A stretch of DNA of 64,000 bases from Macrostomum lignano (taxonomy: Eukaryota). Below are positions 47,371 to 61,569 of this stretch, in pieces. The stretch is taken from NCBI GenBank assembly GCA_002269645.1, contig NIVC01000471.1:124001-188000 (forward strand), written 5' to 3'. The translations under genes and the position numbers were made by a program. Positions within the stretch are counted from its first letter, which is position 1. Every line of letters begins with the position of its first letter. The notes beneath the pieces are model-generated. The model searched no databases. It had not been told where the DNA came from and saw only the letters and a list, made by a program, of their open reading frames with translations.

Positions 47371-49974
47371 AGTTTACCAAAGGGCCGCCCCACTATATGA
47401 AGTTTATATACATGTACATGTAGTATACAGTTGTAATTTTAATGTGTGAACTACTAACAAGCTCAAAGAAAGACTACTGTACAGTGTATATTAGAGGCCA
47501 GAATTTAATTGCAAGACTGCTTAGTTGTGTGCACTTTTTGAGATATTTTCTTTGGCGATCGAATGCATGTATGATACACGTTGATGAGCGCGTATTATAC
47601 TATTTATTTCTGTTGTAACAACGGTAACTTCTAGTGGTCCTTGAATACATCATGTAAAAAATGCATCTAAGCTCCCGACCTGTCCTTTTAGCGGGATAAG
47701 ATATTTCAGTATTAGCAGGCTCGCACTCACGTGATCGCCAAGCGTGCCAGTGAAGGCAACACCACTGCCAAGTGCGGGAAGTCCAGCAGATCTTGTGAGG
47801 TATTAGGTACAGCGCCCGTACATGTCGCTGCTTAGGTTTCGTAGAGCTAGGGTTGACTTGCAGGCTAAAGGGATCGAGGTTGCAGAACTTTAGGGTGTTA
47901 GCGGACACCAAGGTCCAGCAATAGAGTCCACTGCTTCGGCGGAACTGCGTTTAGCTAGTAGGTCTTCGAGCATCAGCTGCAGCTATAGGGTGTCCCGGTT
48001 TGTCACTTTCTCCAGTTCCCTAACCAAAGGAGGTCAAGATCGTTCGTGCCTCCTCTGAAGGAGCAGCTTTGGTGCAGGGGGGGGGGGGGAGTACGCGCGA
48101 AACAACCAAATTCAGCAAGCCACTCAGGTAGGTCGAAGGCAGCAAGGGTCGTCGCCGCCCACTGCGACCGCAGCTACATGTAGTAGTCCTCTGCCAATGT
48201 GCACAATAGGTTTCACGAGCTGCAGCTCCAAAAGTCCTTAGCATTGAGACCTGCTGGCTTAACCAATGATAGAAAAAACCTCTTGTAGCGCTAATCAGTC
48301 CAGCTGCAGGTCATGAGCTAACTATAGCATGGGCTGGCATGGTGCGACGCCAGAGTCTTTAAGGGCTCCCGCCGGCAGATCAGAGTGCCGAATCTGAGGT
48401 TGCTACTTGGTACAGCTGGGCCAATACTGTTGGGCCTCGCGATCATCATGTTCCGGGGCGCCAGCCGACGGATCCAGGTTTGGGACTTCGCAGAGGCCTG
48501 GGCAATCCATAGTCGAAGCCATAGTTTCCCTTTAATCGGCTATGACTTCGAAATTCAAAGCAAAAGACAGATGCTTAATTGGCTAGTTTTGAGCCCCTTT
48601 CTAGCCGAAAACCCAGTTTCGAGAGAGCTTTCGATGATTTAGAAGGCCGCACCTGGTTAATTCTTCGAAAGGGTACGTTTCGATGTAACTGTACGTGCAC
48701 GCTGATTATTTTGATAGATACATGTATGGTCATATGACAATATAACAAAAAGGGGCAAACTGAAAAGTCATTAATTTGTTTGTATTTTTTTAATTTTTCG
48801 CGTTTCCTCGATACTTTGAGATATGCGCAAAAGTTTATACGGTTTTTTCTGTTTTAACAAAGCAAAGCTTTATGTATGCATGAAGTACATGTAAATAATG
48901 CAGCAATTATAGACAGGAATTCCAGCTGTAACTGATGTAAGCTGTATTTAATAATTAAAATAACAGATCGATGACCTTTCCGCGCTCTCATCGATTTTAT
49001 TCCAAAAAAGAAAAAGTTACTAATCATCACAAACAAATAAAGCCCCGCGATTTTTCAAGAAGCGATCGAAGTTTCCATGGCAGCTCTTGTTGACATGTAC
49101 TGCATGATGCATGTCTATAGATGTAGCCCTACATATACATTGTAAATATCATTTACTTCGGCTGTCAGGCAAAACAAACATTAAATAAGCACAGATTTTA
49201 AAATCAAAGGCAGAATATTTTAAAACATTAGCAGCCTAGCGCTCTTTATTAAAATTTACTTCTTTTAAAATCTATCACAATTAAGTGCAATCAAAAGTAC
49301 TCTGCTGCATGGTGTGATGACGTAGTGTAGTTGTGTTGTGAAAGGGGTTAAGGGGAAGTGGGGTAGGAATGCTCATTATCCACGATGCTTCACTCATTGC
49401 TTACTTATTTGTTCCTTCCTTCCTTTTCCCTTTCTCACCTTTTTGCTTTGCGTTACATGCACAAGAGATCGAGACCCTTAAGGATCTAATTGTTGCTTGC
49501 GTACGCGCTCGCTAAATATAAGAAGCGACTGGCTCTTTCGGAGCTTCAGTCTCTCTTCCGCAGTAGACACGGTCTTCTAAAACTGTGCAATATTAGGGAC
49601 AATTCATTTGTTTTATATTTCGTCTGGTTCATCGACTGATAGTTTTAGCAACAAAAATCTACCTAATTGCAAATTCAAAATTTGATGGTATTATTATTAT
49701 ATTTTTTCGACAGTATTTTGCTCTTTCACTATATGCTTGCACGGCTAGCACAATTATTTTTAATTTGTTTTAAAGTTTAACAATATGAACTCCTATTCTT
49801 AATAGCGTGCGCGCAAATTCAACTTCTAACTTCGAATTACTTTAAAGCGTGAGCTAGACCTGGGCATCTCACTCCGCTGTTTCGATGCCAAACCAAATAT
49901 ATTTTGAGTTGCTCAACTTTTCCAAAGCTTACTCCTGAATTTTTTTAGCTTTAATTCAACTTCATAGAGTAATA

Positions 49975-51710
49975 ATGTCAAAGCTAATCGTTACGGTTGA
50001 TAGTGCATCTAATCTGCCTAATGTTGACACGTTTGGAGCCAGCGATCCGTATTGCATCGTTGAAATTAAAGGTCAGTATTTTCAGATCACTAGCACTAGC
50101 CTTAATAAATTTTAACTCTCCTGTTTTGGCAATATAGCCTTTTTATGTATGAAACTAACCATATTTGTGAATGCTATCATAATAATGAATGCTCGTTTTA
50201 GGTCTGAAAAGTAAGACCAAGGTGATTGACAATGATCTCAATCCAGTTTGGAAAGAGAAGTTTGAGTTTGATGTTGGCCCACCATTGACAGCTGAAGACA
50301 AAGTGATAATTACTGTTAAGGACTATGAAAAGATTGGCTCAGATAAGTAAGTTGATATCATTCAAAAATGTTTTTAGATATATTAAGCATAGCTACTTGT
50401 ATTTAATTAAGGACTGGTTTTTTATTCTTAATTTTTCAGACTTCTTGGAATGTGTGAAATATCATTGAAAGACCTAGTAAAAGGTGGCAAGCAAACTATT
50501 GAAGTTAATGCACCACTTCAAGATGCTAATAAGCGAGCTATTGGTGTAAGTATTTTTTGTGAATTATCTTCTCTATGTAATGTAACTACTATCTAATACC
50601 AAAATTTTGTTCTTTATTTTAGGCAACTATCAAGCTTATGATTGCCTACATAGGAAAGAAGAAAGGTAAGTTATTTTTTAATTTGTATTTCTTTTTTTAG
50701 TATTCTATAATTGTAAGTTATATCAATTAGTTTCATTTTAAACATATACCTTAAGGGTAATTATTCCTATTGTTTAATCTATCAAATACAAATTTATACC
50801 TTACATGAGCTTTAAAATTAGCAAACCACATGGATTGATAAAAAGGTAAGTTATTTTTCTTAATAAGCTTCTATGTTGAAATCTATCCTAATTAAAAGCT
50901 ATTTCAAAACTTGCCTACTGATTATGCAATGACTGAGTCTAATGATTATTAATTAGTAGTTGAGTGCAAAGTAATGAAAAGATCAATCTGTTTGTAGTTA
51001 CAAATTACCAAATTACTACAAATTACCTAGTTTTGAAGAGAAATTATTAGTTACAGAATTTACTTTTCATCAATGATTCTAAGCCATTAATAAATAGCAG
51101 AGGAGGAGCATTGAGAGTGACTGAGAGTCAGCGGTATGGGTTAGAGTTAACTCAACGCAATGTCACCTGCAGCACGATGTCGCCAGAGTCGTTGCTTCAG
51201 GGTGCCTCCTGCATTCTATTTTTCAGCACCAGATAAAAAACAATAAACTTTGCAGATGGCAGCACTGCTAACGAACGCCAAGGCACGGTTGTAGATGTCC
51301 GGGCAGACGATGGCGACTCAGAGCTGGATTATGAAGTTGACGAACCCGACGGCGACTTCGGCGACCCGTCATTAGAGGGTCACCATGATCAGCACCACCG
51401 GAGACGGGCTGGCGGCCATCACCGTCGGCGGCGCAATGTCGGCAGCGCTGCTAGAAGAAAAACTCGATCCAAGCTGAGCAACAAGCCGCAGGACTTTCAG
51501 GTATAGTTTTTTTCATTTTTATTCAGGTTCTGTCTCCGTGTTTTGGTCATTTTACTACAAAGTTTTGCATAATTGTAGACCATTTTAAACCTTAGATTTG
51601 GTTTATCTGAGTGATTTTGTTTTTCATTTTGATTTTTTTTATTCAAAACAAGATTTCAAGGCAGACAGACTGACAGACAGACAGGCAGACAGACAGATAG
51701 ACAGACAGGC

Positions 51711-51751
<41 letters not shown>

Positions 51752-51770
51752 GGCAGACAGACAGACAGGC

Positions 51771-51839
<69 letters not shown>

Positions 51840-51906
51840 GGCAGACAGACAGACAGACAGGCAGACAGACAGACAGGCAGACAGACAGACAGACAGACAG
51901 ACAGGC

Positions 51907-51947
<41 letters not shown>

Positions 51948-54900
51948 CTAAGACACTCTGACACTAAGACACTAAGACACTAAGACACTAAGACACACAG
52001 ACACTAAGACAGACAGACAGACAGACAGACAGACACAGATTTCTAGCATCCAAGTTTTCGACTCAGGCGGAGAAATGTGAATCAGCTGTGCGAGCTGTAA
52101 TGGACGATTGCATGTTGGTCAGCCTGGACGATAGGAGGCGGTGGGTGACTCTCTGAGATAAGGCATGACTTGGTTTTCTATGCTTTAGTTTGAAAATCTG
52201 GAGTTAGAGACAGAAATGCACTGGTAAGAGTCCTTAAAAGTCTTGTTGACTAATCAAAAGTTGATCTTATTTATGTTCAGAACTGTTTTCTGCCGTTGGA
52301 ATATTTTATGCCAGAAATGTAGTATGCATACTTTATCTCTGATTTCAATGCAAGAATTGCATTCCGATTCTCCATTCATTTTTGGCGGCATTTTATAGCT
52401 AGCAACCAACTTTGTTTAAACGTTACACTGCTCATCTCAAACTCTATGTGAAGTTGAAATTGGCCAATTACGGGAATAATTATAGATGAGTTCTGCTCGA
52501 GAGGAAGCCAGTAAGGCAGCTCAATGATTATAGACAATTTACATTTTTTCCTCTGAAAATTTTAAGCGCTGCCTCCGCCGCTTTGATATTATTTTCGACT
52601 GCGGAACGGCGCTCTGCTGATGGTTTCAAAATGAATTGGTTTAAACAAAAATGCGTTTCATGCCAAAACTACATTCGCATGCAGATGCCGACCAGAACGA
52701 GTTTGGCTGTAGTAGGCAGGGACTGGATTGGAGGGCTGGAGTCCTGATTTCGTACTGTATATTTTGTTAACAAAGCATTCGAGAACATGAAGTCACGAGT
52801 GAAATTTTTAATAATTTATAGATCATATATCATTGATGATGGATCATGTGATCATTATCAATGAGTGATCATTGAGGATATATGAGTGATCGTTGAGGAT
52901 AGATGAGTGATCATTGAGGATAGATGAGTGATCATTGAGGATAGATGAGTGATCATTGAGGATAGATGAGTGATCATTGAGGATAGATGAGTGATCATTG
53001 AGAATATATGAGTGATCATTGAGGATAGATGAGTAATCGTTGAGGATATATGAGTGATCATTGAGGATATATGAGTGATCATTGAGGATAGATGAGTGAT
53101 CATTGAGGATAGATGAGTGATCATTGAGGATAGATGAGTGATCGTTGAGGATAGATGAGTGATCATTGAGGATAGATGAGTGATCATTGAGGATAGATGA
53201 GTGATCGTTGAGGATAGATGAGTGATCATTGAGTGATCATTGAGAATATATGAGTGATCATTGAGGATAGATGAGTGATCGTTGAGGATAGATGAGTGAT
53301 CATTGAGGATAGATAAGTGATCATTGAGGATAGATGAGTGATCATTGAGGATAGATGAGTGATCATTGAGGATAGATGAGTGATCGTTGAGGATAGATGA
53401 GTGATCATTGAGGATATATGAGTGATCATTGAGGATAGATGAGTGATCATTGAGGATATATGAGTGATCATTGAGGATATATGAGTGATCGTTGAGGATA
53501 TATGAGTGATCATTGAGGATAGATGAGTTATCATTGAGGATAGATAAGTGATCATTGAGGATAGATGAGTGATCATTGAGGATAGATGAGTGATCATTGA
53601 GGATAGATGAGTGATCGTTGAGGATAGATGAGTGATCATTGAGGATATATGAGTGATCATTGAGGATAGATAAGTGATCATTGAGGATAGATGAGTGATC
53701 ATTGAGGATAGATGAGTGATCGTTGAGGATAGATGAGTGATCATTGAGGATAGATGAGTGATCATTGAGGATAGATGAGTGATCATTGAGGATAGATGAG
53801 TGATCATTAAGGATAGATGAGTGATCGTTGAGGATAGATGAGTGATCGTTGAGGATAGATGAGTGATCATTGAGGATAGATGAGTGATCATTGAGGATAG
53901 ATGAGTGATCATTGAGGATAGATGAGTGATCATTGAGGATAGATGAGTGATCATTGAGAATATATGAGTGATCATTGAGGATAGATGAGTGATCGTTGAG
54001 GATATATGAGTGATCATTGAGGATATATGAGTGATCATTGAGGATAGATGAGTGATCATTGAGGATAGATGAGTGATCATTGAGGATAGATGAGTGATCG
54101 TTGAGGATAGATGAGTGATCATTGAGTGATCATTGAGAATATATGAGTGATCATTGAGGATAGATGAGTGATCGTTGAGGATAGATGAGTGATCATTGAG
54201 GATATATGAGTGATCATTGAGGATAGATGAGTGATCGTTGAGGATATATGAGTTATCATTGAGGATAGATGAGTGATCATTGAGGATATATGAGTGATCA
54301 TTGAGGATATATGAGTGATCGTTGAGGATATATGAGTGATCATTGAGGATAGATGAGTTATCATTGAGGATAGATAAGTGATCATTGAGGATAGATGAGT
54401 GATCATTGAGGATAGATGAGTGATCATTGAGGATAGATGAGTGATCGTTGAGGATAGATGAGTGATCATTGAGGATATATGAGTGATCATTGAGGATAGA
54501 TGAGTGATCATTGAGGATATATGAGTGATCATTGAGGATAGATGAGTGATCGTTGAGGATAGATGAGTGATCGTTGAGGATATATGAGTGATCATTTAGG
54601 ATATATGATTGATCATTGAGGATTGATCATGATCATTGATCGTTGAGGATAGGTGATAGATAATTGCTGATAGATTATGAGTCATGAATATTACTTGCAG
54701 ATTACGGATACTCCAGTGCTCGTAAAGAATTTAAACTGAGCGTCATATCATAAATAACCTCTGATCACCCCGTTGCCCGCCACAACCCGCCAGATCCGCG
54801 TCAAGGTAGTGGAGGCCCGCCAACTGCAGGGCGCCAACATCAGTCCGGTGTGCCGGGTCACCTGCTACAACCAGATGAAGCAGACCCGCATTAAGAAGTC

Positions 54901-57900
54901 CACAAACTCGCCTTACTGGGGCGAGACGTTCTTCTTCAATTTCCACGTGTCACCCGCCGACCTAATGGAGGAACTGGTGGAGTGCGGGGTGAGCTGACAA
55001 AGATAGGGTTTGCATTGAGGCTTCACCAGGTACACTGTTCTCACCTGTCACACTGTTCTCACCTGTCACACTGTTCTCACCTGTCACACTGTTCTCACCT
55101 GTCACACTGTTCTCACCTGTCACACTGTTCTCACTTGTCACACTGTTCTCACCTGTCACACTGTTCTCACCTGTTACACATTTGATTCACCTGCTACATG
55201 TATATACTGGGTTCTCCTCTTACACTGTTCTCACCTGTTACACTGTTCTCACCTGTCACACTGTTCTCACCTGTCACACTGTTCTCACCTGTCACACTGT
55301 TCTCACCTGTCACACTGTTCTCACCTGTCACACTGTTCTCACTTGTCACACTGTTCTCACCTGTCACACTGTTCTCACCTGTTACACATTTGATTCACCT
55401 GCTACATGTATATACTGGGTTCTCCTCTTACACTGTTCTCACCTGTTACACTGTTCTCACCAGTTACACTGTTCTCACCTGTTACACTGTTCTCACCTGT
55501 TACACTGTTCTCACCTGTTACACTGTTCTCACCTGTTACACATTTGATTAACCTGCTATACTGGGCGCGCATGTTACACTGTTCTCACCTGTTACACTGT
55601 TCTCACCAGTTACACTGTTCTCACCTGTTACACTGTTCTCACCTGTTACACAGTTCTCACCTGTTACACTGTTCTCACCTGTTACACTGTTCTCACCAGT
55701 TACACTGTTCTCACCAGTTACACTGTTCTCACCTGTTATACATTTGATTCACCTGCTACATGTATATACTGGGTTCACCTCTTACACTGTTCTCACCAGT
55801 TACACTGTTCTCACCAGTTACACTGTTCCCACCTGTTACACTGTTCTCACCAGTTACACTGTTCCCACCTGTTACACTGTTCTCACCTGTTACACTGTTC
55901 TCACCTGTTACACTGTTCTCACCAGTTACACTGTTCTCACCTGTTACACTGTTCTCACCTGTTACACACTGGGCTCACCTGTTGCACATTTGATTCACCT
56001 GTTATACTCGTGATTAACCTTTTACACACAAGGATTACCTGTTACACATAGAATTTACATGTTACAAAAGAGCTTTCATCATTTTTACCAGAATGGAGGC
56101 GAGACCATTGGCATTAACCCTAAACGTAAAGAACCTGCAGTTTCTCATGCTTAGCGAGCATACAACAGGATAAATACAAAACCGCTACAATTGCTTGTTG
56201 CGAAAAAGTTTAAACAGTCGCTGGGAATGTATATACTTGGTTACCTCGATCTGCAAAATTAAAATGTAACCAATTTAGCCGAGTTGTTATTGCAAGTGTT
56301 CATGCAAATGTTGAAGCAAGCTTAATTAATTATTTTGGCCAAAACTAACAATTCTTAAGAGCAAATTCCACATGGTTCTGCTTAAGCTACTGTTAGTAGA
56401 AACGCATGAAAATTTAGTAATATTTACCTACGTGACAAGATATTTTAGCACTCAATTGGCAAACTTGTAATCGCCCAAAACTCCTAAGAAAGCAATGACA
56501 CGCTAAATGGGGTTTTACCATAGACAAATCCTGTCGTGAAAAAACCACCACAGAGACTTGAACAGGTGAAAATTCGCCGGAACCTTACTGGTTTGTCGGG
56601 CTTCGGTAGCAGTTCACGAAAAATCACGGCTATAAGTTTGCGAGGATCAGAGGCTATGGACAAGCAGGAACCGGGATGGGAGGGGTTGAAGGTAGATGGC
56701 TAAACTGTCTAACTAAACTTTGGGGGCGTAGCCTAGTAGCCTAGCCTAGATGTACCAGCGGCCCAGGCTCGATTCCAAGGGCAGTAAACGGCCTTGAAGG
56801 CCAACCCCCAAGGCGCAGTGAAGTGTACATGCCTAACGATAAATAAAGTTAGGGCCGCTGTACACTCCTGTGTGAGTGTGTGCCTGCTCAGGGAAGTCGG
56901 CAGAATGGGCAGTAATGCCTGTCGCCGATTATGTGACGCTGTCGCTTAAAGTGCGCCAGGGTGCACCCAGCCCCTGCCTCCAAAATAAAAATAAATTGAC
57001 CGAACCCCCTGCGAAAGTCAGGTACACTCACTAAGTACATGGGATGCAAAGGTACTTCCCCTTGACCCTGGTAATTTCAAGAAGCTCAATAAGACACTAT
57101 CGAATTGTAATCTAAACTTTCCAATTATCGCAATCTTCGCCCAGGTGTTCAACTCCCGACGTCTCCGCTCGGACGCCCTCATTGGAGCCTTCAAATTCGA
57201 CCTCGGCATGCTGTACGAGGAGGATGGCCACGCCTTCCTGCACAAGTGGCTGCTGCTGTGCGACCCCGAGGACCCGCAGGGCGGCGCCAAGGGCTACCTG
57301 AAAATCTGCGCAGTCATCCTCGGCCCCGGCGATGAGGCGCCGGTGCGACTTTCTGGGAATCTCTGTACTTTTATTGGGGGAATCCCTGAGATTCCCAATG
57401 GGGAGTTCCGAGTTGGCCGAATGGAACACTCTAGAAATCTCGTTTGATTTCTCTGGAAGGAAGCAAAATCCCCTGTAACCAACGGGAAATCCCCTGCAAG
57501 CTTAAGGTGAAATCACGATGGAAACTAATGAGGAATCCCCTGGAAACTTAAGAGGGGAATCTTCCGGCTTTTAAAGGGAATTCCATCCAAATTAAAGGCG
57601 AATCCTCTGGAAACTAAACTTCAATCCCCCAGGCTACTGAAAGGAATCGCCAATACACCGAACGGGAATCCACAATTCACGAAAGGGAATCCACAATTCA
57701 CGAAAGGGAATCCCAAATGCACCGAAAGAGAATCCCCGATACACCGAAGGGAATCCCCAATACACTGAAAGGAATCCCCAAGACACCGAAAGGAATCCCC
57801 AAGATACCGAAATGGAATCCCCAAGACACCGAAGGGAATCCCCAAGACACTGAAAGGGAATCCACAAGACTCCGAAGGGAATTCCCAATACACTGAAAGG

Positions 57901-59226
57901 GAATCCTCAAGACACCGAAGGGAATCCCCAAGACACCGAAGGGAATCCCCAAAACACCGAAGGGAATCCCCAATACACCGAATGGGAATCTCTAAGACAC
58001 CGAAGGGAATCCCCAATACACCGAATGGGAATCCCCAATACACCGAATGGGAATCTCCAATACACCAAAAGGGAATCCCCAATACACCAAAAGGGAATCT
58101 CTAAGACACCGAAGGGAATCCTCAATACATCAAAAGGGAATCCCCAAGACATCAAAGACAGTTCGAGAGAATTCAAAGTGGAATCATTATACAAACATTG
58201 CAATCCGGGTTTGCAATCCAATTCAAATGCCCCCCCCCTATCGAATCGCAGAGCTTCAAGCAGACCGCCAACGCCGATGAAGACGAGGACATCGAAGCCA
58301 ACCTGCTCCGTCCTGCCGGCGTGCAGCTGCGGCCGGCCACATTCACCCTGCGGGTCTACCGGGCCGAGGACCTGCCCAGGAGTGAGTTGCTTCCCGTTAT
58401 TTAGCTGCAACAAAGACCCGATCTTAGCTCGTAACTCTCACGGTGCTGCATCGAATTCAAGACTTTTTAATTCACTTATGCACAACCTCCACTGTACTTT
58501 TAAGTACACTCCGATGGATTCTGAAGCCGGACAAGGAGCTACTGTTTATCATTAGAGTCAGGGAAGCTGTGTGCACCCTGGCGCACTTTAAGCGAAATTG
58601 TCACACTGCCCATTCTGCCGACTTCCCTGAGCACACACACACAAGCGCGCGGATACGTACGCAGTCATACGCACAGGCACATACTCACACAGGAGTGTAC
58701 AGTGGCCCTAACTTTATTTAGGCATGTACACTTCACTGTGCCTTGGGGGTTGGCCTTCAAGGGCGTTAATTCCACTGAGCAGAGCCAAGCCGAGATTCCA
58801 ATTCAGCCCCAAATTAATGTGACTGCACTTGGAATCGAGCCTGGGCCGCTGGCACATCAGAGCGCCGCGCTGGACCACTGGGCTCCGGCCGCAAGGACCT
58901 ATTGTACTTTAATCCCAGTACAAATGCCATTGCCTGCACACCTGGGTGGTTTCAATAAAGCGTATCAATTAGTTAAGCGGCTAAAGCCATTTGCCTGAAA
59001 AATGCACTTCAGTGGACTCCGAGATGTTCCAAGGCGTCAAGAAGATCTTCACCGGCACGTCAACTAAAGAGCTTGTGGATCCGTACCTGGTGTTCCAGTT
59101 CGCGGGCAAGGAGGTCCACACGGACACCAAGTACACCGACGATCATCCGGAGTGGAACGAGGAGCTGCGCATCGGCCTGCAGTTTCCGTCCATGTGCGAG
59201 CGGATCAAGCTGCAGATGTTTGACTG
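49975..59226 (+). CDS. Ferlin (dysferlin/myoferlin type), 5' partial; exons 49975..50071, 50202..50346, 50440..50545, 50623..50665, 51256..51500, 54794..54988, 57145..57342, 58252..58381, 59013..59226
   Basis: C2A (SDPYC...[19 protein letters not shown]); [17 protein letters not shown] (C2B); FerI region [11 protein letters not shown]; C2[13 protein letters not shown]...[15 protein letters not shown]. These motifs are closer to DYSF/MYOF than to otoferlin. All junctions are phase-consistent; the gene continues past the window. Confidence 0.92.
51655..52040. repeat. (AGAC)n microsatellite with AGGC and ACTAAGAC variants
   Basis: Direct inspection. Confidence 0.95.
52850..54640. repeat. 21-bp minisatellite (ATGAGTGATCATTGAGGATAG)n
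   Basis: Direct tandem repeat. Confidence 0.96.
55030..56010. repeat. 18-bp minisatellite (ACACTGTTCTCACCTGTY)n with a higher-order period
   Basis: Blocks are separated by the recurring spacer CATTTGATTCACCTGCTACATGTATATACTGGG. Confidence 0.95.
56722..56968 (+). mobile_element. tRNA-derived SINE copy (3' truncated)
   Basis: B box GGCTCGATTCC at about 56766; the body matches the inverted copy at 58571..58890. Confidence 0.7.
57620..58150. repeat. About 20-21-bp minisatellite (GGGAATCCCCAATACACCGAA)n
   Basis: Degenerate direct tandem repeat. Confidence 0.88.
58400..58890 (-). mobile_element. tRNA-derived SINE, probably full length
   Basis: The minus strand starts GGCCGGAGCCCAGTGGTCCAGCG (A box)...GGCTCGATTCC (B box) and ends in a LINE-like GGGTCTTTGTTGCAGCTAAATAA. 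A third degraded copy of the body lies at about 39175..39310. Confidence 0.7.
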
Positions 59227-59309
59227 GTCAGTTGGCGGCTTCCGTTTCGATTGGCTGATGCTGGGAAATCCCAATTAAATCTGCATTGTCAAACTAGAGG
59301 GAATTTCAA

Positions 59310-59820
59310 GGGAATCCAAAGGGGAATCCCAAGGAAATCCTACTTGAATCCTACGGAAATCTCAAGAAATCCCTACTTGAATCCAAAGGGAATCTCAAAG
59401 AAATCCTACTTGAATCCAAAGAGAATCCCAAGGAAATCCTACGGAAATCCCACTTAAATCCAAAGATAATTCCAAAGAAACCCTACTTGAATCCTAAGGG
59501 AATCCCAAAGAACTCCTACTTGAATCCTAAGGGAATCCCAAGGAAATCGTACTTGAATCCTAAGGGAATCCCAAAGAACTCCTACTTGAATCCTAAGGGA
59601 ATCCCAAGGAAATCGTACTTGAATCCTAAGGGAATCCCAAAGAACTCCTACTTGAATCCTAAGGGAATCCCAAGGAAATCGTACTTGAATCCTAAGGATA
59701 TCCCAAAGAACTCCTACTTGAATCCTAAGGGAATCCCAAGGAAATCGTACTTGAATCCTAAGGATATCCCAAAGAAATCCTACTTGAATTCAAAGAGAAT
59801 CCCAAGGAAATCCTACGGAA
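59310..59820. repeat. 33-bp minisatellite (GAATCCTAAGGGAATCCCAAGGAAATCGTACTT)n
   Basis: Direct tandem repeat. Confidence 0.93.
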
Positions 59821-60370
59821 ATCTCTACATATAAAAATCAAAACTCTGTCTGTCTGTGTGTGGACAATTTTGATCGCTATGGACTCCCAAACCGCTCAAC
59901 CAAATGACACCAAACTTTACACCCACCCTAAACTTACTACGGAGAATGTCTTAGGCTACCTTTTAATTTCCTAGACTCAAGTCTTCCTACCTAAAAGTAC
60001 AAAAAACTGCTCAAAATGCGCGATTTTTTCACTAAATCCTCCATAGCGCCGCTTCACTTCTACCGATTCTCTTCAGATTTGACACAGGCAATTTTCAACT
60101 ATTTTGACACAATCGTGTAAAATTTCAAATCTCAAAGTTAATCCTGAAAGCCGCTGTGCACTTTTAAAGTTAGGCTGTTTTTTTCAGCGTAGCAACCACC
60201 CCAACCTCCGCCCGCCTGCCTCTCTTTCCGATACCGATCTGGGCCCAGATGTGTAAAAGGGTTTCAAAATTGACTAACTTTCAGCTGCCATAAGTTTTCT
60301 CCACGTAAATTGATTGACTTCAAACTTGACACAATTCTTCATTGACTCATCTCTACCTATAAAAATCAAA

Positions 60371-60409
<39 letters not shown>

Positions 60410-60920
60410 ACAATTTTGATCGCTATGGACTCCCAAACCGCTCAACCAAATTACACCTAACTTTACACCCACCCTAAACTTACTACGGAGAATGTCTTAG
60501 GCTACCTTAAAATTTCCTAAATTCGAGTCTTCCCACCTAAAAGTGCAAAAAACTGCTCAAAATGCGCAATTTTTTCACTAAATCCTCCATAGCGCCGCTC
60601 CACTTCTACCGATTCTCTTCAAATTTGACACAGACAATTTTCAACTATTTTGGCAAAATCATGTAAAATTTCGAGTCTGAAAGTTAATCCTGAACGGCGC
60701 TGTGCACTTTTAAAGTTTGGCTGTTTTTTTCAGCGAGGCAGCCACCCCAACCTCCGCCCGCCTGCCTCTCTTTCCCAATCTGGGCAAAGGGTGTGAGTAG
60801 GTTTTAAAATGCCTAACTTTCGGCTGCCATAGTTTTGCTCCACGTGAAGCGATTGACTTCAAATTTGACACAATTCTTTATTGACTCATTCTCTGCCTAC
60901 ATGTAAAGTCTCAACTCTGT
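59821..60920 (+). mobile_element. Head-to-tail tandem of about 530-bp Helitron/HINE-like units
   Basis: Unit starts at 59821, 60349 and about 60888. Each of the two full units begins TCTCTAC.TATAAAAATC, then a GT/CTGT microsatellite and AAACCGCTCAACC, a layout typical of DINE-1-like elements. The family call is inference. Confidence 0.55.
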
Positions 60921-61569
60921 ATCTCAATCAGGACAGAAACTGTAAGCATGTGAAGTTTGTCTGCTTTTTCTGTTGTTTGTGCCTCTCACTCACTCATTCC
61001 CCAGCCCAGACGAAGGGTCAGGCGATAGGGCTCAATGTACTTAGCGAATGTACAGTGTTTTGGAATAACTTTTTAATAGCCTTCTCGGCACCCCGCGCGC
61101 GGAGAGGCGTGGAGAGGAGAGACAGTTTCAGCGAGAGATTCAAACCACTGTCCTCTGTATAGACAAGTCTGCAGCCGTTTAACAGTGGATGGCAAATCAA
61201 GGCGATGTGGGATGGTTTATAAAAATAGCGAAAAATTAATGAATAACTGATTAGTAGTGATTACAATGCAATCCTACTAAATTAGTTACACCATGAAAAT
61301 TTTAACATCAAGATTCGCATAAGGTACTTTAAAATTTAAATGGCTCCTAAGAAATACGTATTTCCTTGGTTGCTAGACTGCTGCAGACTGTGGTGGTGGA
61401 GCTGGGCTGGAGGGAGATACACAAATTCCTCTCAGGGCTGCTAATTGGCCAGAAATATGATGTGATTAAAGCATAACAACTATGAGAGTACTACGTCCCA
61501 CAAACGCTTTCGAAGCGGGGATTGACAGACTTTAACCTCAAATGCCAGATAAAGAATCCAGCTCATGGC

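Noticed and set aside
47600-48660. GC-richer block with short ORFs
   Set aside because: No domain, TIR or TSD recognised; possibly an unclassified repeat.
52858-56013. MITHLSS and CSHLLH repeat ORFs
   Set aside because: They are minisatellite translations within ferlin introns.
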